A stretch of DNA of 64,000 nt. Source: an uncultured Acidobacteriaceae bacterium (GTDB lineage: Bacteria > Acidobacteriota > Terriglobia > Terriglobales > Acidobacteriaceae). The translations under genes and the position numbers were made by a program. The DNA is taken from NCBI GenBank assembly GCA_963798035.1, contig CAWCRW010000005.1, positions 133,227-197,226 of the forward strand. Reading direction: 5' to 3'. Shown in pieces: positions 10,220 through 18,970 of the stretch (positions are counted from its first letter, which is position 1; each line of letters opens with the position of its first letter). The notes beneath the pieces are model-generated. The model was not told the DNA's origin, searched no databases, and saw nothing but the letters and a program-made list of their open reading frames with translations.

Positions 10220-13200
10220 TCAACCCTTCGCCGGAGCGTGTTCCACCGGCGCTTCTTCAAGTTCGGAATTCGTGTTCAGGACCTCGGCCACATACCTCGT
10301 CCGTGGCCGCGTATTCTGGTCGGCAATCACCTGGTAAGTCCGCTCCAGCGCGTGCAACTTCGCCACGCGGCTGTTCGGATCATTCATGTTGCCGAAGACG
10401 ATCGCCGATGCCGGGCATGCCTGCTGGCACGCTGTCACCACTTCTCCATCGCGTATCGGACGATTTTCCTTGTCCGCCTCGATCCGCGCCACCGTGATGC
10501 GCTGCACGCAATAGCTGCACTTCTCCATCACCCCGCGCGACCGCACCGAAACATCCGGATTGCGCATCAGCTTCAGGCTTTCCGTCTCGTAATCGGAGTA
10601 CAGCAGGAAATTAAACCGCCGTACCTTATAGGGGCAGTTGTTGGAGCAATACCGCGTTCCCACGCAGCGGTTGTAGACCATCATGTTCAGGCCTTCCGGC
10701 GTATGCACCGTGGCGCCCACCGGGCAAACCTGCTCGCACGGCGCGTTTTCGCAATGCTGGCACGTCATCGGCTGGAAGTGTGCCCGCGGCGCCGAAAGAT
10801 CGCCTTCAAAATAGGTGTCGATGCGCAGCCACTGCATATTGCGCCCGATGCGCACCTGCTGCTTGCCCACCACGGCGATATTGTTTTCGGCATAACAGCT
10901 CACGATGCACGCATTGCATCCCGTACAGCTGTTCATATCGATCGACATCGCCCATTTGTTCTCGGGATACGTCCAGTTGGGAAAGAGCGAAGTGCCCATC
11001 GTCGGCGTGTCGCGCCCTTCGCCTTCCTGCGCAAACCCCGGGTTCGCTTTGAACTCCTCAAGCGTCGCATAGCGGATAATCCCGCGCTCGCTGATTGCCT
11101 CATCCGCCTCAAGCGAGTTGTTGCCATTCCCCTGGCCACTTACACTCTTCGAGCGATGATCCTGGAAGTGGCTCTTGGTGATCGCCGTTCCCCACTTGCC
11201 ATCCACCTTCTTGATTGCACCCGTCGCGTAAAACGGCGCCCACGTTGCCCGAATCAAATACGCATTGAATCCCGCGCCCGAACCCACCCGGCCCGCAAAC
11301 TCGCGACCATAGCCCATGTGCACCGTAACCGAATTGTCCGGATGTCCCGGCGCTACGATCACCGGAGCCTTCACCTTTCCATTGCCCACGGTCAGCTCGA
11401 CAATGTCGTCTTCATCCAGACCAAGCTTGGTAAGAGTCGCACCCGAAACAATCGCCGCGTTATCCCAGCTCAGGTTCGTCACCGGCTTGGGCAGTTCCTG
11501 CAGCCAGCCCACATTCGACCAGCGCCCGTCATACACGTTCGGATCGGGCCTGAAAATAATCTCGATCGCGTCTTTCGCCGCAGGCGTCGGCACTTTGGCC
11601 ATCGCCTCCGGCTTCGCTGCACCACCGGCTGCATACGCACTGTCCGCAATCCATCCATCGTGCAGAGCCTTACGCCAGCCCGTCTCAAAGTCGCCCTTGA
11701 TCGTTGCCTTCTGCGTCGTCCGCACCGCCTCATACGCGCTCAGCAGCGGCTCATCGAGCAGCGCTTGAATGACATCGTGGGCCGTCTTGCCGCCGTAAAG
11801 CGGATCGATCATGGGCTGCACAATCGAGACCGTCCCGTCATACGCCCGCGCATCCGACCACGCTTCCAGATAATGCGCCGCGGGAATATGCCAGTGCGCG
11901 ATCTGCCCCGTCTCGTCGTAATGCGAACCAAGATGCGCGACGACATTTGCCTTGTTGAAGGCCGATGGAAAATCCAGATCCGCCGGCGCTGAATAAATCG
12001 GATTGACGTTCAGAATCACCAGCCAATCCACCTTGCCCGCGTTCAAATCCGCCACCAGCGCTTTGAAATCTCCCAGTTGATCGCTAGGCACAGGGACCGC
12101 TGGATCGCTCGACACCTTCACCGTCTTGCCGACATTGCCCAGCGCCTGGTTGATGGCCAGTGCCAGCCCTGCAACCGACTCGTCCTGATACAGTCCCGGG
12201 ATCACAGCGCTCTTGCCCGCGTTCGCCTTCAAATCCTTGGCCAGCGCAGCAAGGAATTTCTGCTGCTCTCCGGTCCACGCATAGGCCGGAGCATCCACGC
12301 CCGCAACACCCACCCCCTTCGCAAGCTCCGCCGCAAACGCCGGAACCTCGCTCGCGCGCAGCATCAGCCGATGTTCGGCCTTCATCCCCGTCGTGGTAGT
12401 CGAGCTCTCCACCGCGTACAGCCGGTTCATCCCGTTTTCGGGCGTTTTCCGACGCGCTGCGTAGTCCCGCACCAGCCTGTGGAAGCCCGGATAGTCCGCG
12501 CTCGAGATAAAGTCCGCATCCAGCGACACAAGAATGTCCGCACCGCTCAGGTCGTACTGGACATTCAGCCCCTTCGCAAGCCAGGTCCCCGCAATCGCCG
12601 GGTCATATTGAACCAGAGTTGCTTTTGGATAAGCCGTATGCAGCGCCTTCCACTGCCGTGCAAGCGTGGGCGACGTAATTGTCTCGCTCAGGAAATAAAG
12701 GCCCGTTCCGTCTTTGCTTCCTGCCGCCTTGATCCGGAATTCCTGCACAAACTCCGTCCAGTCGCGGTTCTCTCCGCGATAGGTCGCATGCTTCGAGCGG
12801 TCCGGATCATAAAGATCCAGCAGCGATCCCTGCGAATACACATCCGATCCGCCGTGGTTATACGCGTGATCGGGATTGCCGTCGATCTTGATCGGGCGGA
12901 ACTGATCGCTCTTCACCAGCAGCGGCACCGCTCCCGTCACAAATGGATGTGCCGACGCAAAATACATCGGCTTCCCAAGAACCAGGTCTTCCGGCGCCTT
13001 TACGTAGGGATAAATCGGCTCGTCCGGCTGCTTGGTGCAACCCGCCATGCCGGCCAACGCCATCGAAGCCCCCATCAGCTTCAGGAAGCCGCGTCGCGAA
13101 ACCGGATCAACCCATTCCTGCGCCGCGCTGGGAAACTCGCGCTCCACCGCAGCCTGAAACTCTTCGGTATTGGCCAGCTCATCGATCGAGCGCCAGTATT

Positions 13201-13348
13201 TCTTCCCCTTGACGCTCTTCAGCTTCTCCCGCACCTGCACCAGGCTCATCGGCGCATTGTCCGCAGCTTGGCCCGCGCTGTTTTTCTCGTTCTCCAAGGC
13301 GCTTCCTGTCTCCGGCATCGGATCCTGTGACTTTGGCTGAGAACTCAT
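10220..13348 (-). CDS. actB: ActB: molybdopterin-oxidoreductase-like domain plus Fe-S domain, TAT-exported
   Basis: ATG 13348 overlaps the actA stop; YWRS--EL N-terminal extension, SRRGFLK twin-Arg; Cys clusters CTGCNAC, CQHCENAPC, CVGTRYC and CSYC...CQQACP. Confidence 0.96.
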   Translation of the reverse strand: MSSQPKSQDPMPETGSALENEKNSAGQAADNAPMSLVQVREKLKSVKGKKYWRSIDELANTEEFQAAVEREFPSAAQEWVDPVSRRGFLKLMGASMALAGMAGCTKQPDEPIYPYVKAPEDLVLGKPMYFASAHPFVTGAVPLLVKSDQFRPIKIDGNPDHAYNHGGSDVYSQGSLLDLYDPDRSKHATYRGENRDWTEFVQEFRIKAAGSKDGTGLYFLSETITSPTLARQWKALHTAYPKATLVQYDPAIAGTWLAKGLNVQYDLSGADILVSLDADFISSADYPGFHRLVRDYAARRKTPENGMNRLYAVESSTTTTGMKAEHRLMLRASEVPAFAAELAKGVGVAGVDAPAYAWTGEQQKFLAALAKDLKANAGKSAVIPGLYQDESVAGLALAINQALGNVGKTVKVSSDPAVPVPSDQLGDFKALVADLNAGKVDWLVILNVNPIYSAPADLDFPSAFNKANVVAHLGSHYDETGQIAHWHIPAAHYLEAWSDARAYDGTVSIVQPMIDPLYGGKTAHDVIQALLDEPLLSAYEAVRTTQKATIKGDFETGWRKALHDGWIADSAYAAGGAAKPEAMAKVPTPAAKDAIEIIFRPDPNVYDGRWSNVGWLQELPKPVTNLSWDNAAIVSGATLTKLGLDEDDIVELTVGNGKVKAPVIVAPGHPDNSVTVHMGYGREFAGRVGSGAGFNAYLIRATWAPFYATGAIKKVDGKWGTAITKSHFQDHRSKSVSGQGNGNNSLEADEAISERGIIRYATLEEFKANPGFAQEGEGRDTPTMGTSLFPNWTYPENKWAMSIDMNSCTGCNACIVSCYAENNIAVVGKQQVRIGRNMQWLRIDTYFEGDLSAPRAHFQPMTCQHCENAPCEQVCPVGATVHTPEGLNMMVYNRCVGTRYCSNNCPYKVRRFNFLLYSDYETESLKLMRNPDVSVRSRGVMEKCSYCVQRITVARIEADKENRPIRDGEVVTACQQACPASAIVFGNMNDPNSRVAKLHALERTYQVIADQNTRPRTRYVAEVLNTNSELEEAPVEHAPAKG

Positions 13349-14208
13349 CGGTGGCAGACCTCGCAACTGGTCAACTCGCGCGGCGTGCGAATGTGGTATT
13401 GCTTCTCAAGAAAATGACCCAGTTCCATCTGGCTGGTGAACTTCTGATAGTTCACCGGTACCGGTAAATTGGCAGAAGCCATATCCCCGGCCAATCCGCT
13501 CATGCTCTTCGCGGGCAAATGCAGCGACGCCACTTCCGGTCCCGCTCCGCTCGGATCCTTGGTCACGCAGTTCACGCTCTGCGCCGTCGGCGTTCCCGTC
13601 TTGTCGTCGCCCACCGAACACCACACCGGCCGCTCTTCTTCCGGGCCGGTCCATGCCATGTTGTAAATCTGGCTCGTCGGCCTCAGGTTCTTGGCCGGAT
13701 TGCGATGGCAGTCCAGGCACCATTCCATCTGCAGCGTGTTCTGCGCATACATCAACGGCATCATGTCCACGCGCCCGTGACACGAAGAACATCCCAATCC
13801 CTTGTTCACATGAATCTCGTGGCTGAAATACGCAAAGTCCGGCAGATCGTGCACCTTTGTCCAGGCCAGCGATTCTCCCGTCGCCCAGCTGTGCCGGACC
13901 GGCTCAAGAAGTTGTGCATTGGTCCAGATCTGCGCATGGCAGTTCATGCAGGTCTTGGTCGGCGGGATCCCAGCGTAGCTCGACTTCTCCACCGTGACAT
14001 GACAGTACTGGCATTGCAGCCCCAGTCCCTGCACATGATGTTTATGACTGAACGGTACCGGCTGCTCCGGCCGCTGGCCCTGCCGGGTAACCCATGGGGA
14101 GCGCTGCAACTCGTCCAGAGTGACCCCAAGTGCGATCACAATCAGCCCCGTCAGCACCAGGCTCATACGAGCCAAAGCATTGGAGCTGCGATCAAATATC
14201 TGCGCCAT
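13345..14208 (-). CDS. actA: ActA pentaheme cytochrome c
   Basis: N-terminal TM and five CxxCH motifs (CQYCH, CMNCH, CSSCH, CLDCH, CEVCH). Confidence 0.96.
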   Translation of the reverse strand: MAQIFDRSSNALARMSLVLTGLIVIALGVTLDELQRSPWVTRQGQRPEQPVPFSHKHHVQGLGLQCQYCHVTVEKSSYAGIPPTKTCMNCHAQIWTNAQLLEPVRHSWATGESLAWTKVHDLPDFAYFSHEIHVNKGLGCSSCHGRVDMMPLMYAQNTLQMEWCLDCHRNPAKNLRPTSQIYNMAWTGPEEERPVWCSVGDDKTGTPTAQSVNCVTKDPSGAGPEVASLHLPAKSMSGLAGDMASANLPVPVNYQKFTSQMELGHFLEKQYHIRTPRELTSCEVCHR

Positions 14209-14341
14209 GTAATGCTTTCCTGCTTCGTATTTCTTCGTTTTCGTGCCGCAGGTTGCGCGCTGTGCTGACCATCACGCACCCTGCGGTCAATTTCTGTTTT
14301 GTTGCAAAGGGAAGCTGCGCGTCGGATGACTCCGAAAATTC

Positions 14342-14369
14342 AATATAGCAGTCGGAACCCGCTCCGCAA
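14342..14369 (-). promoter_or_regulatory. Candidate sigma70 promoter of the act operon
   Basis: Minus strand TTGCGG-16 nt-TATATT with an extended -10 TG. Confidence 0.35.
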
Positions 14370-14721
14370 GTGTTCGCGTCTCGCAAATTCGAAAAAATGT
14401 TCGTCTCGCGAAAACTTTCTATACGCCTGAAAAGTATGAGAGTTGTGACGAAGATCGAAGAAGGGAAAACACCACCGCTTCTCTGACAACACCCGTACCA
14501 GAGAATGGGATTTTCTCGCACCAAATTACCACATCGATTTCAGCACTCGCTACTGCAACGCCCCCGCCGAATCGAAAGCGTCCTCCCCAACGGAGCGCCC
14601 TCGAGGCCCGGCCAACAAGAACCAACCACGCGACCCAAAGCGAAAGCCCGCTCTTTACGCGGTCGATGCGGTCCTGCTCCCATTGCCTGCAGCAAACTCT
14701 GCAATCAACGACACCGGCGCT

Positions 14722-15138
14722 TCAGCCGCGCTTTTCCCCGGCTTCAAACGTCTCCCCAAACGACTCGTCCGGCGACGTCGACGGCCAGCCCACCATCACC
14801 AGGAACACGTCGAGAACAAACAGCGCAATCGCAATGTCGTTGAAGAGCGTCGCCTGCGCCAGGTCGGGCCAAAGCTGATTGGCAGCCCAAAACAAAAATG
14901 CAATGGCCAGCAATACCGCCTTCACCACTTCCAGCCGCGCCGGCCGGTGCGCCACCTGGTACACCAGGTAGGCAATGGCAATCATCGCCAGCGGAAAAGC
15001 CGCCAGAACATCGTGAGCGCGCAGAGGAAATAGCCGCGCATCGACATCCCAGACCAGCAGCACGCCAACGCTGATCAGCGTGATCACGCCCAGGATCACA
15101 GGAAGAGACCGGCGCGCCCGGCTGAGACGAATGTACAT
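14722..15138 (-). CDS. Hypothetical four-TM membrane protein
   Basis: Four hydrophobic segments, protein-like composition, ATG start. Confidence 0.7.
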   Translation of the reverse strand: MYIRLSRARRSLPVILGVITLISVGVLLVWDVDARLFPLRAHDVLAAFPLAMIAIAYLVYQVAHRPARLEVVKAVLLAIAFLFWAANQLWPDLAQATLFNDIAIALFVLDVFLVMVGWPSTSPDESFGETFEAGEKRG

Positions 15139-15401
15139 ACGCCATTATGGTCCGCCGTGCAAAAAGAAAGCGTAAGGGCACGGGGAGAGCCAGTCCCTCC
15201 CTCAAACGCGATCCTTTGCGCCGATTCCGTCAATCCATTGCATTAAAATCCATGCAGGCATTCCAACCGGTTGCCCTCTGTGTTCTAAGTCAATCGCTTG
15301 TGGCGGACTGATATCCGGAGGACGGCCGTCTATCGAAAGAGCGAAGAGCCTCACGGCGTTCTTGTCCGTTCCTGGCTCAGCCGCACGGGTGGGTAAGGAT
15401 C

Positions 15402-15584
15402 ATGAAATATGCCGGTCTGTTGGTCATGCCAGCTGGATTTCTCCTGGCCATCGCTGCCGTGATTCTTTTCCCGGATCCCGCGCCTCGAGCCGCCTTTGTC
15501 GTGTGCGGTATCGCCGTCGAAGCCATGGGCCTCACCGTCGCCATACGTGGCCACATGCCGGCACGCGGAGAGCGACGCCCATGA
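15402..15584 (+). CDS. Small two-TM protein coupled to the amt gene
   Basis: 60 aa, AAGGA RBS, two hydrophobic helices; stop overlaps the amt ATG (ATGA). Confidence 0.7.
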   Translation: MKYAGLLVMPAGFLLAIAAVILFPDPAPRAAFVVCGIAVEAMGLTVAIRGHMPARGERRP

Positions 15585-16873
15585 ACCCATCGCTGACCGC
15601 GCCTTTATCCGAAACCGAATTCGTCCTCATCCTCGGCCTCCTCTTGCTTGCCCCGCTTTCCATCGCCGGGGTCGCCCTCATCAGCAACGGACTCGGCCGC
15701 TCCCGCTCTGCAGCGCAATCGTTGTTAGGCTCGCTGGCCGTGGTTTCCGTCGCAGCGATTCTCTTCGCGCTGGTCGGGGCCACCCTCGCCGACGGAGATT
15801 TCGGCCCGGGCCATCTCCTCCATCTCTTCGGAAAGCCCTGGAACTGGGCCGGCACCGGCCCCATCGCGCTCGGCGGTCTCGCCCAGGCCCCCGCACGCGC
15901 TCAGTTTGCCCTGCTCTTTGAATTGCTCGCGGTCGCCCTCCTCGTTCTCATTCCCTGGAGCTCGGGCGCCGACCGCTGGCGCCTGGTCGCCGGCGCCGCT
16001 TCCTCCGCCCTTCTCTCTGCCCTCGTCTTTCCCTTCGTTGCCCATTGGATCTGGGGCGGCGGCTGGCTCGCGCAACTCGGCACGAACTTCTCGCTCGGCG
16101 CAGGTTTTCTCGACGTCGGCGGCGCAGCCACCATTCACGTAGTCGGCGGACTCAGCGCCCTCGCCGTCGTTTGGATCGCGGGCTCCCGCCGCGGCAAATT
16201 CCCCAAAGAAGGCTTCTCCACCGCCATTCCCGGCCACAACGCTCCCTTTGTCCTCTTCGGCTGTCTCATCGCCCTCGTCGGCTGGCTTGCCACCAACATG
16301 GCCGGAGCGCTCCTCTGGCTCAATACTGCCCCAACGATTCTCCCGGTCACCGCGATCAACACCCTTCTCTCCGCCGCCGCGGCGCTTGCCGCCACATTTT
16401 CCGTGACCCAAATCCGCTTCGGCAAACCAGACGCCAGCCTCTGCGCCAACGGATGGCTCGCCGGTCTGGTCACCTCGAGTGCCTGCGCCAGCCTCGTCAC
16501 CCCCCTCGAAGCCGTCTTCACCGGAATCGTCGCCGGCATCCTCGCGCCCCTCCTGGTCGAGTTTCTCGAGCTCGCCGTCTCCATCGACGATCCCTCCGGC
16601 GCCATCTCCGTCCACGGCGCCAGCGGTTTGTGGGGACTCCTCGCCGCCGGCATCTTTGCTCCCCGGCCAGGACAATTCCTCGCCCAGCTCATCGGCATCG
16701 CAACCCTCCTCGGCCTTGTCCTGCCCCTCATTTACCTGCTCTTCACCGTCCTCAATCGCTTCGTCCCCTTTCGCGTCGATCAGGACGGCGAACGCATCGG
16801 CATGGATTTGCATGAACTGGGCGGCGGCGCTTACCCCGAGTTCGTACTCCACCGCGATGACTCCTACCGGTAG
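15581..16873 (+). CDS. Divergent Amt/Rh-family transporter
   Basis: AHWIWGGGWL, FLDVGGAATIH, PGHN, DDPSGAISVHG and RVD----IG-D---LGGGAY motifs; about 11 TM helices. Confidence 0.88.
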   Translation: MNPSLTAPLSETEFVLILGLLLLAPLSIAGVALISNGLGRSRSAAQSLLGSLAVVSVAAILFALVGATLADGDFGPGHLLHLFGKPWNWAGTGPIALGGLAQAPARAQFALLFELLAVALLVLIPWSSGADRWRLVAGAASSALLSALVFPFVAHWIWGGGWLAQLGTNFSLGAGFLDVGGAATIHVVGGLSALAVVWIAGSRRGKFPKEGFSTAIPGHNAPFVLFGCLIALVGWLATNMAGALLWLNTAPTILPVTAINTLLSAAAALAATFSVTQIRFGKPDASLCANGWLAGLVTSSACASLVTPLEAVFTGIVAGILAPLLVEFLELAVSIDDPSGAISVHGASGLWGLLAAGIFAPRPGQFLAQLIGIATLLGLVLPLIYLLFTVLNRFVPFRVDQDGERIGMDLHELGGGAYPEFVLHRDDSYR

Positions 16874-16929
16874 CCGTTCTCACCGCAACCGGAATAGGAA
16901 TCCCTCCAACAACGCCTGATACTCTGGGC

Positions 16930-17048
16930 CTATAGCTGTTTCGGAATTGGTGTAGACCGAAAGCATGCGGTCGAGTGGCTTTTTCCTCAAGAAATGGCCA
17001 CCTTTCGCCGCTATCAAAAAATCCACGTGTATTCCGAAACTGCTCAGG
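16930..17048. mobile_element. MITE-like element of about 119 bp with imperfect terminal inverted repeats
   Basis: CTATAGCTGTTTCGGAAT ... ATTCCGAAACTGCTCAGG (14/18 complementary), enclosing two hairpins (16955-16972 and 16975-17001). Confidence 0.5.
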
Positions 17049-17060
17049 TCCAAGCCCCGC

Positions 17061-17798
17061 ATGGGAATCCTCTCGCACCTCTTCTACCCCTGGGGCCTGC
17101 TGCTGCAGGCTGCGGCGATCATCCATTTCATCCGCCGCCGCCCCGGCACGTACTGGCTCTTCATCATCCTGTTCCTCGGCCCCATCGGCGCGCTCGTCTA
17201 TCTCTTCGCCGAAGTCCTTCCCGACATCGGCCTCCTCAATCAATCCTTCAAAGGCATCTCCCGCGGCAACCGCATCAATGCCCTCGAACTCGCCATCCGC
17301 GATAACCCTTCGGTCGGAAACTACGAGGAGCTGGGCGAACTCCTCATGGAAAACGGCAGGCTCCAGCAGGCCCGCGAGGCTTTCGACAAAGCCATCGCGG
17401 CTCGCTCCACCACCCTCGAGATCTTCTATCACCGCGGAGTCTGCGCAATCCTGCTGGGCGACGCAACCGGCGCGCTGCCCGACCTGGAGAAAGCCGTGGC
17501 CAAAGATCCGCAGCTGGACTTCAATCGCGCCCCGGCATTGCTCGCGCATGCCTACGCGCTCACCGGGCAGCCGGAAAAAGCCGAAGCCCTCTTTCGCAAG
17601 GTCACCGCCCTATCGACGCTGTCCGAAACTTATTTGAATTTTGCGGATTTTCTAGCCTCTCAGGGTCGTCCCGCCGAAGCACGCGAATGGGCGCAAAAGG
17701 TGCTCGACAAAGAACCAACCATGCCCCGCTACCTGCGCCGCCGCGAACGGCCCTGGTCGCGGCGCGCCCGCAAGATCCTCAAACAACTCCCCGCCTGA
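17061..17798 (+). CDS. Membrane-anchored TPR-repeat protein
   Basis: Two N-terminal TM helices (HFIRRRP--YWLFIILFLGPIGALVY) followed by TPR-like helical repeats. Confidence 0.8.
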   Translation: MGILSHLFYPWGLLLQAAAIIHFIRRRPGTYWLFIILFLGPIGALVYLFAEVLPDIGLLNQSFKGISRGNRINALELAIRDNPSVGNYEELGELLMENGRLQQAREAFDKAIAARSTTLEIFYHRGVCAILLGDATGALPDLEKAVAKDPQLDFNRAPALLAHAYALTGQPEKAEALFRKVTALSTLSETYLNFADFLASQGRPAEAREWAQKVLDKEPTMPRYLRRRERPWSRRARKILKQLPA

Positions 17799-17858
17799 GA
17801 ACCAGCCAAGCCCACTCGCTGTCTCACTATTTCACTGTTTCGCTATTTCTCTCTACGG

Positions 17859-18824
17859 CTACCGCTTCGCCAGCAGCAGCATCAGCGCAAACAGCATCAC
17901 CGGAACCAGCGCCATCCCCGCGTACAACAACATCCGTTTGTTGATGCCGCGCTTGCCGCCGCGTCCCGTGGCCCTTCCATCGTCCACGCCCACTTGCTCC
18001 TGGTGCCCCAGGTCCCACATCATTTCGTGCGCGGTCGCATAACGATGGCGCGGGTCGCGCTCCAGGGCGCGAAACAAGATCTCCTCCAGCTCCGGCGAAA
18101 TCTCCGCGTTCAACTCCCGCGCCGGCGTCGGATCATGCAACAAACGCTCATTCATGGCCGCCAGCGGATTGGGTCCGGCAAACGGCACGCGCCCCGTCAG
18201 CATCTCATACAGCATGATCCCCAGCGCGTAGACGTCGCTGCGCTGGTCGCCGCGCTGGCCCTTCACCTGCTCCGGCGAGATATAGTCGGGCGTACCCAGC
18301 GCTGCGGAAAGATTCACAAACGTCAGTCGCCGCGCGTCTTCCTTCATCGCAATGCCGAAATCAATCAGCTTGATGTTGTCGTCTTCATCCACCATCACGT
18401 TTTCAGGCTTCAGATCGCGATGAACCACGCCTCGCTTGTGCATGTAGTCCAGCGCATCACAAATTCCCAACGTGATCTTCACCGCCCGATCCACACCAAG
18501 CTGCTTCTCTTCGTTCAAAATCGAGCGCAGCAAACGACCGTTTACCCACTCGATCACCATGTAGACACGGCTGCGCTCTTCGCCATCGAAAGTCTTGACG
18601 ACGCCTGGATGATCCAGCAATCGCCCAATCTCTTCTTCGCGCTTGAAACGCTCAAACAACACCGGATCGGCTTCCATCTCCGGATGCGGAACCTTCACCG
18701 CCACCTGCGTCCCATCTTTCAAATTGGTCGCCCGGTAGAGCACCGACATTCCGCTGCGCGCAACCGCGGCATCAATGCGGTAGTGGTCGAGTGTTTCTCC
18801 GGGTTCCAGCGGGCTCATGGGCAT
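17859..18824 (-). CDS. Hanks-type Ser/Thr protein kinase with C-terminal TM anchor
   Basis: VAVK, HRDLKPEN, DFG, GTPDYISPEQ and SDVYALG motifs; hydrophobic C-terminus. Confidence 0.93.
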   Translation of the reverse strand: MPMSPLEPGETLDHYRIDAAVARSGMSVLYRATNLKDGTQVAVKVPHPEMEADPVLFERFKREEEIGRLLDHPGVVKTFDGEERSRVYMVIEWVNGRLLRSILNEEKQLGVDRAVKITLGICDALDYMHKRGVVHRDLKPENVMVDEDDNIKLIDFGIAMKEDARRLTFVNLSAALGTPDYISPEQVKGQRGDQRSDVYALGIMLYEMLTGRVPFAGPNPLAAMNERLLHDPTPARELNAEISPELEEILFRALERDPRHRYATAHEMMWDLGHQEQVGVDDGRATGRGGKRGINKRMLLYAGMALVPVMLFALMLLLAKR

Positions 18825-18970
18825 GTTCGAACTCTTCTGATTCTTTCACGCCGGTTCGTAAGAAACTTGTCAGGAATATCGAAAGAATCTCGTGCCTTCC
18901 TGTTTCTGGGCTTGAGTCCTTCCCCCGCGCCGAATACGTCTCTTGAGCCGAGGCAGTCCATGTTGGTCTT

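Noticed and set aside
9800-11992. 730-aa plus-strand ORF and similar long antisense ORFs (for example 6175-7584, 12077-13330, 15725-16852, 18815-19978, 29450-30640, 40389-41939, 59728-61221)
   Set aside because: Shadows of well-supported genes on the opposite strand in GC-rich DNA; Arg/Pro/His-rich and without family motifs.
10220-13348. ActB as a catalytic molybdoenzyme
   Set aside because: ActB is known to keep the fold without a Mo cofactor; the operon context is ACIII and there are no Moco genes here.
15239-15275. NtrC box and sigma54 promoter upstream of amt
   Set aside because: TGCAT-N8-ATGCA is one base longer than the NtrC consensus, and the GG-to-GC spacing is 14 rather than 10.
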